From assembly GCA_963716605.1 (NCBI GenBank), contig CAVQTO010000002.1:418165-482164 (forward strand): a DNA stretch of 64,000 nt, given 5' to 3'. The position numbers and the translations under genes are program-made. Every line of letters begins with the position of its first letter. Within the stretch, counting starts at the first letter, position 1. Below the pieces are notes generated by a model that was not told the DNA's origin, made no database searches, and saw only the letters and a list, made by a program, of their open reading frames with translations. Source of the stretch: an uncultured Actinomycetes bacterium (lineage in GTDB: Bacteria; Actinomycetota; Thermoleophilia; Gaiellales; Gaiellaceae). Shown one piece after another: positions 39,267-48,824 of this stretch.

Positions 39267-40276
39267 GTGCCCTCCTCGTAGGGGCGAGGCTTGCCTCGCC
39301 CTAATAGGCCGCCAAGTTCTCGTAGCGCTTTCAGGACGTCCTCGGGCTGCGGGATGAACGCCTTCTCGAGCGGGGGCGAGAACGGGACGGGCGTGTCCGG
39401 CGCGGCGACCCGCATCACCGGCCCGTCGAGATCCTCGAACGCCTCCTCGGCGATCGTCGCCGCGATCTCGCCGCCGAACCCGCCGGTGCGGGTGTCCTCG
39501 TGGAGCACGAGCACCTTCGACGTCCGGCGCACGCTCTCGAGCACCTTCTTCTTGTCCCACGGGATCAGGGTGCGAAGGTCGAGCACCTCGGTCTCGAAGC
39601 CCTCCTTCGCGAGCTCGTCCGCTGCATCGGTCGCCGTGTGCACCATCGCCCCCCACGTGACGACGACCGCGTCGTCGCCCTCGCGGTGCACGTTGGCCTG
39701 GCCGAACGGGACGGTGTAGCGCTCCTCGGGCACCTCTCCCTTGATCCGCCGGTACAGGTGCTTGTGCTCGAAGTAGAGCACCGGGTTCGCGTCCTCGATC
39801 GCCGAGGCGAGGAGCCCCTTCGCGTCGTGCGGCGTCGCCGGGCAGACGATCTTGAGCCCGGGGATGTGCGCGAACGAGCTCTCCGGGTTCTGCGAGTGGA
39901 ACGGGCCGCCCGAGAACCCGCCGCCGGACGGGAGCCGGACGACGATCGGCACCGGCGTCCCTCCGCGGAAGAACTGCTTCGACGCGACGGTCACGAGGTG
40001 ATCCCACGCGCAGGAGATGAAGTCGGCGAACTGCATCTCCGCGACCGGGCGCATCCCCATCAGCGCGGCGCCGGTCGCTCCGCCCACGATCGCGGTCTCC
40101 GAGAGCGGCGTGTCGATCACGCGCCACGGCCCGAACTCCTCCTGGAACCCGAGCGTGACCTTGAACGCGCCGCCGTACACGCCGACGTCCTCGCCGAGGA
40201 CGAACACGCGCTGGTCGCGCCGCATCTCCTGGCGCAGGCCGTCCGAGATCGCCTGGATGTAGGTCAGCTCGGGCAT
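39236..40276 (-). CDS. 2-oxoacid dehydrogenase E1 component beta subunit
   Basis: 346-aa ORF: MPELTYIQAISDGLRQEM...VFVLGEDVGVYGGAFKVT...VIDTPLSE. The last ~25 codons (GRGKPRPYEEGTCPQEPRPRS) read through a hairpin and the E2 RBS, so the true stop is probably near 39300. Confidence 0.88.
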   Translation of the reverse strand: MPELTYIQAISDGLRQEMRRDQRVFVLGEDVGVYGGAFKVTLGFQEEFGPWRVIDTPLSETAIVGGATGAALMGMRPVAEMQFADFISCAWDHLVTVASKQFFRGGTPVPIVVRLPSGGGFSGGPFHSQNPESSFAHIPGLKIVCPATPHDAKGLLASAIEDANPVLYFEHKHLYRRIKGEVPEERYTVPFGQANVHREGDDAVVVTWGAMVHTATDAADELAKEGFETEVLDLRTLIPWDKKKVLESVRRTSKVLVLHEDTRTGGFGGEIAATIAEEAFEDLDGPVMRVAAPDTPVPFSPPLEKAFIPQPEDVLKALRELGGLLGRGKPRPYEEGTCPQEPRPRS

Positions 40277-40277
40277 G

Positions 40278-41323
40278 TCACTTGTGGTGCGGCGTGTCGA
40301 GGTCCTCGGGTGACGCGAAGACGCCCGCCTCGAGGCCGGACGGGTCGGGGAGCGGCGACTCGTCCGCCCGCTCGAGCGCGTCGTTCAGGATCCGCTTGAC
40401 CGACGCCGCGATCTCGTCCTCCTCGTCGTCCGAGAGCTCGGCGTGGTCGCGGAGCCAGGAGCGGAAGCGCTCGAGCGGATCCTGCGCCGCCCACTGCTCG
40501 AACATCTCCTTCGGGACGTAGAACGCGTCGTCGTGCACCGCGTGGCCCTCCATGCGGAGAGTCATGCATTCGACGAGCGTCGGCCCGCCGCCCTCGCGCG
40601 CCTTCTCGATCGCGCGCTTCGCCTCGCGGTAGACCGCGAGCACGTCGGTGCCGTCGACGACCACGCCGTCGAAGCCGTACGCGGCCGCGCGGTCCGCGAT
40701 GTGCTCGACCGGGTACGAGAGGTAGGTCGGCGTGGAGTACGCCCACTGGTTGTTGTCGCAGACAAAGACGATCGGGAGCTGGCGGACGCCGGCCATGTTC
40801 ATGCGCCTCGTGCGCGTCGCCGCGCGCCGCAGCGCCCTCTCCGAACCAGCCGAGCGCGACCCGGCGGTCGCCGCGGATCTTGAACGCGAGCGCCATGCCC
40901 GTGGACACGGGCAGCATCGCCGGGAGGTGGCTGACCATCGGGTGCAGGCCGAGCTCGGGCACGGCCATGTGCACGTTCCCGTCACGTCCGCGCGTCGGGC
41001 CGCCCTCGCGGCCCATGTACTGGGCGAAGATGCGCCACGGCTCGACGCCGCGCGTGATGTGGACGCCCATGTCGCGGTGGAGCGGCGTGCCGACGTCGTT
41101 CGGGCCCATCGCCGTTCCCGACTCCGACGGCAGCGGCCTCGTTCCCGCGCCCCGTGTAGAAGGAGCCGGGGATCTTGCCCTGCTTGTAGAGGATGTGGCC
41201 GCGCTCCTCGATGCCGCGGGTGATCAGCATGCTGCGGTACATCGAGAGCAGGTCCTCGCGGTCGAGGCCCGCCTCCTTCACCTCCTGGAGCGAGCCTACG
41301 GGCTCGGCTTCACGAACTGCCAT
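40278..41323 (-). pseudogene. 2-oxoacid dehydrogenase E1 component alpha subunit (TPP-dependent), two frameshifts as assembled
   Basis: MAVREAEPVGSLQEVKEAGLDREDLLSMYRSMLITRGIEERGHILYKQGKIPGSFYTGRGNEAAAVG (40982..41323) / AMGPNDVGTPLHRDMGVHITRG...LGWFGEGAAARGDAHE (frame of 40264..41109) / MNMAGVRQLPIVFVCDNNQWAYSTP... (40278..40985). Shifts are near 41110 and 40805. Confidence 0.85.
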
Positions 41324-41387
41324 TCGATGCGTCTCCTCGCGGTGGTGCCCGGGTCGGCCTCACTCTAACGACTGCGTCAGCGGCCCC

Positions 41388-41393
41388 TACAGT
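41388..41393 (+). promoter_or_regulatory. putative -10 box, leaderless zinc-ribbon gene
   Basis: TACAGT, 7-nt spacer, ATG 41401. Confidence 0.5.
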
Positions 41394-41400
41394 TCGCGAG

Positions 41401-41682
41401 ATGGCCAAGCCGAAACGGAACTGGATCCAGGAGGAGCGGCGGAAGACGCTCGGCGACTGGGTCGCGTTCTGCCTCGCCTGCGGCCACACGCAGCGCTACT
41501 TCCTCGAGGACGAGGCCGACCTCCAGCGTACGTGCCCGCAGTGCGGCGGCGAGCTCCGCCACCGCTGTCCGGCCTGCAACGCCCCGATCCCGTCCGCGTT
41601 CGCGGTCGCGTGCGAGGAGTGCGGGGCCGAGGTCAGGTCGCCGGAGCTCTTCGGCACCCACATCCGCAAGCCCGGGCGGTAG
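41401..41682 (+). CDS. hypothetical double zinc-ribbon protein
   Basis: 93-aa ORF with four CxxC pairs: CLACGH...CPQCGG, CPACNA...CEECGA. Confidence 0.55.
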   Translation: MAKPKRNWIQEERRKTLGDWVAFCLACGHTQRYFLEDEADLQRTCPQCGGELRHRCPACNAPIPSAFAVACEECGAEVRSPELFGTHIRKPGR

Positions 41683-41686
41683 AGCG

Positions 41687-42043
41687 TCAGGAGCTCGTGA
41701 TCTGCGAGAAGCGGATCAGCGTGACGATGTCGTCCTCGGTCACCTCGCGGTTGTAGAGCTGACCGAGAAAGCGCGCGAGCTCGTCCGCGCGGCGAACCTC
41801 CGGGTTGTCGTGCTCGATCTCGCGCGGCGAGAGGTCGCGCAGCTGCTTCACCTCGACCTTGTCGATCACCGCGTCGAAGATCCGCTCCCGCTGCCCGTAG
41901 CGCGCGCCGCAGAGCACGGTCACGATCATCCCCTTCCGGTACTTCGGCGACTTGTCGCCGAGGCGGATCGTCGCGGTCTTCCGGCCGGTGCGAAGCTGGT
42001 CGGCGACAGTGGGGTTGTAGAAGTTCAGAGCGTAGCTCGGCAC
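41687..42043 (-). CDS. ASCH-domain protein
   Basis: Frame of ORF 41687..42211 from GTG 42043: VPSYALNFYNPTVADQLRTGRKTATIRLGDKSPKYRKGMIVTVLCG...KVEVKQLRDLSPREIEHDN. PUA-like ASCH pattern. Confidence 0.65.
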   Translation of the reverse strand: MPSYALNFYNPTVADQLRTGRKTATIRLGDKSPKYRKGMIVTVLCGARYGQRERIFDAVIDKVEVKQLRDLSPREIEHDNPEVRRADELARFLGQLYNREVTEDDIVTLIRFSQITSS

Positions 42044-42056
42044 GGCGGCCGCGCAA

Positions 42057-42497
42057 CTATAGAACGTCCTCCGCCAACGTCTCCAGCGCCCGCTTGGCCA
42101 TGTCCCGTTCGCCTCCGTAGGCGAGCAGGCGTGGCGCGTCGGCGAGCGGCAACCACCGTGCCTCGGCCACCTCGCGCTCCATCCCCGGCGGGAGCTCGCC
42201 GATCCGGCCACCTGCAGCCCGGCCGAGGTAGAAGCTCACGATCTTGAACACCCGCTCGCCCTCCCAGGTGTAGACGTAGCGGACGTCTCCGAGCTTCGGG
42301 CCGAGCTCGCCCCGGAGCCCCGTCTCCTCGAAGCCCTCCCTGACCGCCGTCTCGGCCGGGCTCTCGCCGGCGTCGACGAGGCCCTTCGGGAGTGCCCAGG
42401 TACCCTCGCGCTTGCCCTGCGGTCGGACCGCGGCGAGCCACCAGCGGCCGCGCATCCGCCGGACGAGAACGAGGCCGGCAGAGAACTCCCGGCGCAT
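42057..42497 (-). CDS. NUDIX hydrolase
   Basis: ORF 42057..42524. ATG 42497 (MRREFSAGLVLV). Nudix box GLVDAGESPAETAVREGFEETGL. Confidence 0.8.
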   Translation of the reverse strand: MRREFSAGLVLVRRMRGRWWLAAVRPQGKREGTWALPKGLVDAGESPAETAVREGFEETGLRGELGPKLGDVRYVYTWEGERVFKIVSFYLGRAAGGRIGELPPGMEREVAEARWLPLADAPRLLAYGGERDMAKRALETLAEDVL

Positions 42498-42499
42498 CA

Positions 42500-42512
42500 C
42501 GACTTTGTGACA
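42500..42512 (+). promoter_or_regulatory. copy of recurrent motif CGACTTTGTGACA, 3 nt upstream of the NUDIX start (opposite strand)
   Basis: Read directly. Identical to the reverse complement of 28236-28248. Confidence 0.45.
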
Positions 42513-42595
42513 CCTATGTGCCACTTGGCCACGAGATCTGAGTCTGACTGACTCAGTTTGGCCTGGCCAGGCACGTCTCGAGTGCTATGGTGAAG

Positions 42596-42622
42596 CTGGC
42601 ACTCAGCCCTTGCGAGTGCCAG
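42596..42622 (+). promoter_or_regulatory. CIRCE-like HrcA operator upstream of groES
   Basis: CTGGCACTC-N9-GAGTGCCAG matches the core of TTAGCACTC-N9-GAGTGCTAA (GCACTC-N9-GAGTGC perfect). Confidence 0.7.
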
Positions 42623-42625
42623 CAG

Positions 42626-42653
42626 TGTTACAAAGTCGTATGTCACAAACTCG
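42626..42653 (-). promoter_or_regulatory. two tandem copies of the recurrent motif in the groES leader region
   Basis: The plus strand reads TGTTACAAAGTCG-ta-TGTCACAAACTCG, i.e. CGACTTTGTAACA and CGAGTTTGTGACA on the minus strand. It lies immediately after CIRCE and 21 nt before the groES ATG. Confidence 0.45.
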
Positions 42654-42674
42654 CTAAGAGGGAGGTTTTTGCGC

Positions 42675-43007
42675 ATGGATCTGCAGCCTCTGGGCGACCG
42701 TCTCATCGTCGAGGTGCTCGACGAGGAGGAGATGACGGTCAGCGGCATCGTGCTGCCCGACACGGCCAAGGAGAAGCCGCAGCGGGGCAAGGTTCTCGCC
42801 GTCGGTCCCGGCTCTCGGGATGAGGACGGGGAGTACATCAAGATGGACGTCGAGGTCGGTGACGAGGTGATCTTCTCCAAGTACGGCGGGACGGAGATCA
42901 AGCTCGGCTCGGACGACGTCCTGATTCTGCGCGAGTCCGACGTGCTCGCGAAGGTCGTAACCACAGGTGGCAAGGGTAAGCGGAAGCTTGCCGGCGCCGC
43001 CGCATAG
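42675..43007 (+). CDS. groES: co-chaperonin GroES with basic C-terminal tail
   Basis: [46 protein letters not shown]...SDVLAKV plus the extra [22 protein letters not shown] lies 9 nt upstream. Confidence 0.95.
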   Translation: MDLQPLGDRLIVEVLDEEEMTVSGIVLPDTAKEKPQRGKVLAVGPGSRDEDGEYIKMDVEVGDEVIFSKYGGTEIKLGSDDVLILRESDVLAKVVTTGGKGKRKLAGAAA

Positions 43008-43034
43008 CGCGTTTCGCTGAGGAGGAATTGTTAG

Positions 43035-44657
<1,623 letters not shown>

Positions 44658-44705
44658 GAGTCCGGTCGCCCGGCCGCTCGCATCGCGATCGGCCTCATGG
44701 GTTGC

Positions 44706-44730
44706 GGAGGGCCGGGAACGCCGGCCCTCC
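44706..44730 (+). terminator. hairpin after groEL
   Basis: GGAGGGCCGG-gaacg-CCGGCCCTCC followed by gtcgttcttg. Confidence 0.6.
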
Positions 44731-44866
44731 GTCGTTCTTGCTCTCGCACTCCCCGTGGTTCCCAGGCGTAGGACGCGCGTCGCGGGGCGACGACGCGTGC
44801 GAAGTCGGCGCCCTCTCTTGATCCAGGCGTGACGAAATCCGCGCTAGCGTTCCTGTATCGGAACTG

Positions 44867-44893
44867 CGAAGGGCCGGCAATGCCGGCCCTTCG
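44867..44893. terminator. second GC-rich palindrome in the groEL / Rieske-gene convergent spacer
   Basis: CGAAGGGCCGGCA-a-TGCCGGCCCTTCG. It shares the AGGGCCGG...CCGGCCCT core with 44706-44730. A third hairpin, GAGCGGCCG-ctggga-CGGCCGCTC, lies at 44923-44946. Confidence 0.45.
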
Positions 44894-45052
44894 TTCCATC
44901 GGCTGCCCTTGCCCGAAAAGCTGAGCGGCCGCTGGGACGGCCGCTCGAGGGGAAGAACTGGGGAGGATGGGTTGGTGTACGGGTTGTCGCGGATCGCGCC
45001 CCGCCGCTCCTCCCCCAGTTGGGGGAAATGCCCGTTACCTCCCTCGTATGCC

Positions 45053-46800
45053 CTAGATAGCCCCCTCGTAGAGCTTCTCGCCGCGGTGCAGTCGCCGCGC
45101 GATGTCGAACGTCTGGCGCTGCGAGCGCGTGGTCGTCGCGTGCGCGGCGAGGTAGCGGGCGGCTGCGACGAGCGGCAACGCGGCCTCGTCGCCGGCGAGC
45201 AGCCCGTGCTGCCGGACCGCAGCCTCCACGCACTGGATCGTGTGGAAGTTCCGGTTCTCGCGAACAAGGGCGCTGCCGAGCGCGGCGACGAGGCGCGCCG
45301 GGTCCCCGCCTGCAGCCAGGAACGTCGCGACGAGCGTGCCGGCCTCGTCGACCTGCTGCTGGCGGTCGAGGAGCGCGGGCAGCTCGAGCAGGAGCGTCTC
45401 GGGATCCGCATCCGGCCGCGGCTCCGGGAGCCGCGTCGCGGGCACGTTCAGGAAGCGGTCGAGGTAGACGCTCGCGGCGGCGTCGAAGACTCCGCGCACG
45501 AGCTCCGGCGACGGCGAGCGCCGCAGCCCCTGCTCGACGGCGTTCGCGAACGTGAACGTGTGCAGCGCGGTGTCCCAGTCGCCGAACTCGTTCGTCGTCG
45601 GGAAGCGCGCGATGCGGGTCGCGGCCGCGAACGAGACGGCCGAGGCGAGCTCGACCTCGCTCGCGCCGTCCTCGAGCGCGGTGAGCAGCGCCTCGATCGC
45701 CGCGGCGGCATCGTCGCCGAGCACGCTCTCGACGAGCGCGGAGCGCCCGGTCCACCCGCCTCGGCGTGGAGCAGCGGCCGCGAGCGCGTCGGGGATCCGC
45801 TCGAACGCGGCTTCGAGCAGCGTCACGAGGTCGACCGGGTTCCGCCACGAGTTGCTCTCCTCCATCCGCTGCGCCATGGCGATCTGCGCCGGCACGGACG
45901 CCAGCACCCGCTCGGCGTGCTCCCAGCCGGCGACGTCGAGTGCCTCGAGCGCCTTGTTCACGAAGTCGAGCGCGTGGCCGACGTCGAGGTAGCGGTGGTC
46001 GGTCGCCGCGGCGAACAGCATGTCGCGCGAGCTCCTCGGCCGAGGCGCCCGCGCGCACCGCCGAGACGAGCGCGCGCTCGGCGCCCTCCGCGTCGCGCAC
46101 GTCGACGAAGCGCCGGAACCAGCGCGCGAGCTGCGTCGACGCTCGCTCCATTCGACGGCAGCGGCTCGAGCGGAAACCGGGGCGGGCCGGATGCGGCCTC
46201 GGAGCTGACGTCGGCGAGCCCGTGGTAGAGCGCCACCGGTACGTCCGCCTCGTCGAGCGCCGGCACGAGGTTCATGAAGCACGTGAGCGTCGTCAGCCCG
46301 CGGCCCCAGCCGTCGCCGCGCCGCTCGACGCCGAAGTCGAGCCCGGCGCGGAAGGCGTCCGCTCCGGACGGGTCAGCCTCCGCGAGCGCGATCGTCGCCT
46401 TGGCGAGCACGAGCGAGATGTTCCGCTCGAGCCCGTCGCCGAGGCGACTGCGCTGGTGGGCGACGCGATCCTCGCGCGGTGCGATGTCGACGTACACGTC
46501 GTCGTCGCGAAGCTCGACGGGGAAGCGGCGCACGTCGTCGGCCCACTGGTCGAACGTCCCGCCGGAGCAGAGGTCGAAGCGGGCGTGGTGCCAGTGGCAG
46601 GTGAGGATCCCGTCCGCGACCGTGCCGCGATGGAGCGGGAAGCCCATGTGCGGGCAGCGGTTGTCGACGGCGTGGACGGCGTCGCCGTCCGCGAAGAGGC
46701 AGAGCGTCTGCCCACCGACGCCGACGACGAGCCTGCCGGCAGCCCGGAGCTCGGAAAGCGAGGCGGCTCGGACGAGCGCGCCCATCTCGGTCACGGCCAT
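45053..46800 (-). pseudogene. Rieske [2Fe-2S] domain protein fused to a large uncharacterised helical domain, two frameshifts as assembled
   Basis: ORF 45958..46800: MAVTEMG...CPHMGFPLHRG...CHWHHARF (Rieske). It continues via MERASTQLARWFRRFVDVRDAEGAERALVSAVRAGASAEELAR (frame of 44844..46151) into MLFAAATDHRYLDVGHALDFVNKALE... (45053..46282). Shifts are near 46140 and 46025. GGAGGAG lies before the ATG. Confidence 0.7.
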
Positions 46801-46841
46801 GTCTCCTCCTTCGTGTGTCTCGCGCAGCGTAAAACCTCGAG

Positions 46842-46847
46842 TAAGGT
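46842..46847 (+). promoter_or_regulatory. putative -10 box for soxR
   Basis: TAAGGT, 9-nt spacer, GTG 46857. Confidence 0.35.
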
Positions 46848-46856
46848 TGAAGTCAA

Positions 46857-47301
46857 GTGGAGGCGGAGCTGGCGATCGGCGAGGTGGCAGAGCGAAGCGG
46901 GGTGGCTGCGTCCGCGTTGCGCTTCTACGAGTCCGTGGGGCTCATCGTCGCGACGCGCACGGCCGGAAACCAGCGCCGCTACCTCCGCTCGACGCTGCGG
47001 CGGATCGCCGTCATCCAGGCGGGGAAGGCCGCGGGGATCCCGCTCGCGGAGATCCAGGCCGCGCTGGCGATCCTGCCGGACGACCGCACGCCCGATCGCG
47101 CGGACTGGGAGCGGCTGTCGCGCACATGGCGCGAGGACGTCGACCGGCGCATCGCGACCCTCGAAGGGTCTACGCGACCGGCTCTCGACCTGCATCGGGT
47201 GCGGCTGCCTCTCGATCGACCGCTGCGAGCTTCTGAACCCGGGCGACGAGGACGCCGGGCTCGGCGCCGGCGCGCACTACCTCACGCGCGACCGCCCCTA
47301 G
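46857..47301 (+). pseudogene. soxR: SoxR-type MerR-family redox-sensing regulator, one frameshift as assembled
   Basis: MEAELAIGEVAERSGVAASALRFYESVGLI...NQRRY (MerR HTH), then after RIATLEG the frame ending at 47301 gives LRDRLSTCIGCGCLSIDRCELLNPGDE, the SoxR CIGCGCLSxxxCxLxNP [2Fe-2S] signature. The shift is near 47165. Confidence 0.8.
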
Positions 47302-47903
47302 AACCCGTACCGCTCCTCCTCGAACGGGTCGGCGTCGTTGTGGTAGCCGTAGCGCTCCCAGAACCCGGGCCGGTCGCTCGCGGTGAGCTCGATGCCGCGG
47401 AGCCACTTCGCGCTCTTCCAGAAGTACTTGCCGAGGATCACAAGCCGCAGCGGCCAGCCGTGCTCCGGCGTCAGCGGCGCTCCGTCGGCGTGCGTCGCGA
47501 GGAGCGAGAGCGGGTCGCGAAGCGACGCGATCGGCACGTTGGCCGTGTAGCCCTGCTCGGAGTGCGCGACGACGAAGCGGGCCGACGGCTTCGGCTTCGC
47601 GAGCTCCTCGAGCGCGCTCCAGTGGACGCCCTCGAAGGTCACGTCGAAGCGGCTCCAGCGGGTCACGCAGTGGATGTCCTCCGTGACCTCGGTGCGGGGA
47701 AGCGCGTTGAGCTCGTCCCAGGTCAGCCGGAGCGGGCTCTCGACCTCGCCGGTCACGGTGAAGTCCCAGGTCGCGAGGTCGGTGTCCGGGATCGTGCCCG
47801 CGTGGAGGACGGGCCACTTCTCGGTCAGGTACTGGCCGGGCGGGAGGCGCGCGGGGTCGTAGCCCGCCTCGATCACCTTCCGCTCGGCTCTGCCCCTGAA
47901 CAC
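47298..47903 (-). CDS. sulfite-oxidase-fold molybdopterin oxidoreductase (MsrP/YedY-like catalytic domain)
   Basis: ORF 47298..47933. The preferred start is GTG 47903 (leaderless -10 TAGTGT). DIHCVTRWSRFDVTFEGV...PEHGWPLRLVILGKYFWKSAKWLRGIEL. Confidence 0.75.
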   Translation of the reverse strand: MFRGRAERKVIEAGYDPARLPPGQYLTEKWPVLHAGTIPDTDLATWDFTVTGEVESPLRLTWDELNALPRTEVTEDIHCVTRWSRFDVTFEGVHWSALEELAKPKPSARFVVAHSEQGYTANVPIASLRDPLSLLATHADGAPLTPEHGWPLRLVILGKYFWKSAKWLRGIELTASDRPGFWERYGYHNDADPFEEERYGF

Positions 47904-47909
47904 GGTTCC

Positions 47910-47916
47910 TACACTA
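47910..47916. promoter_or_regulatory. back-to-back overlapping -10 boxes of divergent Mo-oxidoreductase and ygfZ-like genes
   Basis: Plus TACACT 47910-47915, 7-nt spacer, ATG 47923. Minus TAGTGT 47916-47911, 7-nt spacer, GTG 47903. Confidence 0.5.
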
Positions 47917-47922
47917 GTGAGG

Positions 47923-48713
47923 ATGGCCGTCACGACGACACGAGTGGCCGCGCGACCGCGGGACTTCGTCGGGGTGCGCGGGCCTGACGCCGAGTCGTAC
48001 CTGCAGGCGCTCGTGACGAACGACGTCGAGTCGCTCGGCCCGGGCGAGGCGTGCGAGGCGCTGCTCCTGACGCCGAAGGCGCGCGTCGATCGCGCCGATG
48101 GTCGTCCTCCGCCGGGCGGCGGACGACTACCTGCTCCTCACCGAGCCCGGCCTCGGGCGAGCGCTGCGGGCCGCGCTGCTCCGCTCGCGCTTCGCCGCGA
48201 AGTGCGAGATCGAGCTCGAGGAGCACACGTCTGTCGTCGTCCTCGGCGACGCCGAGGGGATCCCGACGAGCGATTACGGCGTCGAGGCGGTCGAGGTGCT
48301 CGACGCGCGATCTCGAGCCGACGATCGCCGACGACGAGCTCGAGCTCCTACGAATTCGCGCCGGCACGCCGCGCTCTGGCACGGAGATCGACGACCGCGT
48401 CCTTCCCGCCGAGGCCGGGCTCGATGCGCGCGCGATCGACTTCGCGAAGGGCTGCTACGTCGGCCAGGAGCCGGTCGCGCGCCAGCACTACCGCGGGCGC
48501 GTGAACCGCTCTCTGCGCGTGCTCGGGCTCGAGGGAACCGAGCTGCCCGAGTACGACGCCGAGCTCGACGCGCGACGGCAAGACGGTCGGCCGCGTGACG
48601 AGCGCGGCCCGCGACGGCGACGGCGTCATCGCGCTCGGCTACGTGCGGGTCGAGGTCCCGGCCGACGCGGTCCTCGACCTCGGGGGCCGCGCGGCGAGGC
48701 AGCTAGAGCTTGA
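47923..48713 (+). pseudogene. YgfZ/GcvT-like folate-binding protein, about 3 frameshifts as assembled
   Basis: MAVTTTRVAARPRDFVGVRGPDAESYLQALVTNDVESL...LLLTPKARV / MVVLRRAADDYLLLTEPGL... / DLEPTIADDELELLRIRAGTPRSGTEIDDRVLPAEAGLDARAIDFAKGCYVGQEPVARQHYRGRVNR / TSAARDGDGVIALGYVRVE. The KGCYxGQE motif is present. The 3' end is uncertain. Confidence 0.65.
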
Positions 48714-48720
48714 CGTCCCT

Positions 48721-48793
48721 GCGCCCGTAGCTCAGGGGATAGAGCGCTGCCCTGCGGAGGCAGAGGTCGCAAGTTCGAATCTTGCCGGGCGCA
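48721..48793 (+). tRNA. tRNA-Arg, anticodon reads GCG
   Basis: Cloverleaf folded by hand: acceptor GCGCCCG/CGGGCGC, D arm GCTC-AGGGGATA-GAGC, anticodon arm CTGCC-CTGCGGA-GGCAG, variable AGGTC, T arm GCAAG-TTCGAAT-CTTGC, discriminator A. No encoded CCA. Body resembles bacterial tRNA-Arg (A20, G37). Confidence 0.85.
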
Positions 48794-48800
48794 TGACTAG

Positions 48801-48824
48801 AAAGCCTCGCGTTTGCGGGGCTTT
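48801..48824 (+). terminator. hairpin directly after the tRNA
   Basis: AAAGCCTCGC-gttt-GCGGGGCTTT, 10 bp including one G-U. Confidence 0.5.

Noticed and set aside
42557-42592. A sigma-70 type -35/-10 pair for groES upstream of CIRCE (TTTGGC ... TATGGT)
   Set aside because: The spacing (23 nt) is outside the 16-19 nt range, so the promoter is left unassigned.
46801-46856. A canonical SoxR box (CCTCAAGTTAACTTGAGG-like) in the soxR/Rieske spacer
   Set aside because: Only weak partial symmetry (CCTCGAGT...CAAGTGGAGG) could be aligned by eye, which is not enough to annotate an operator.
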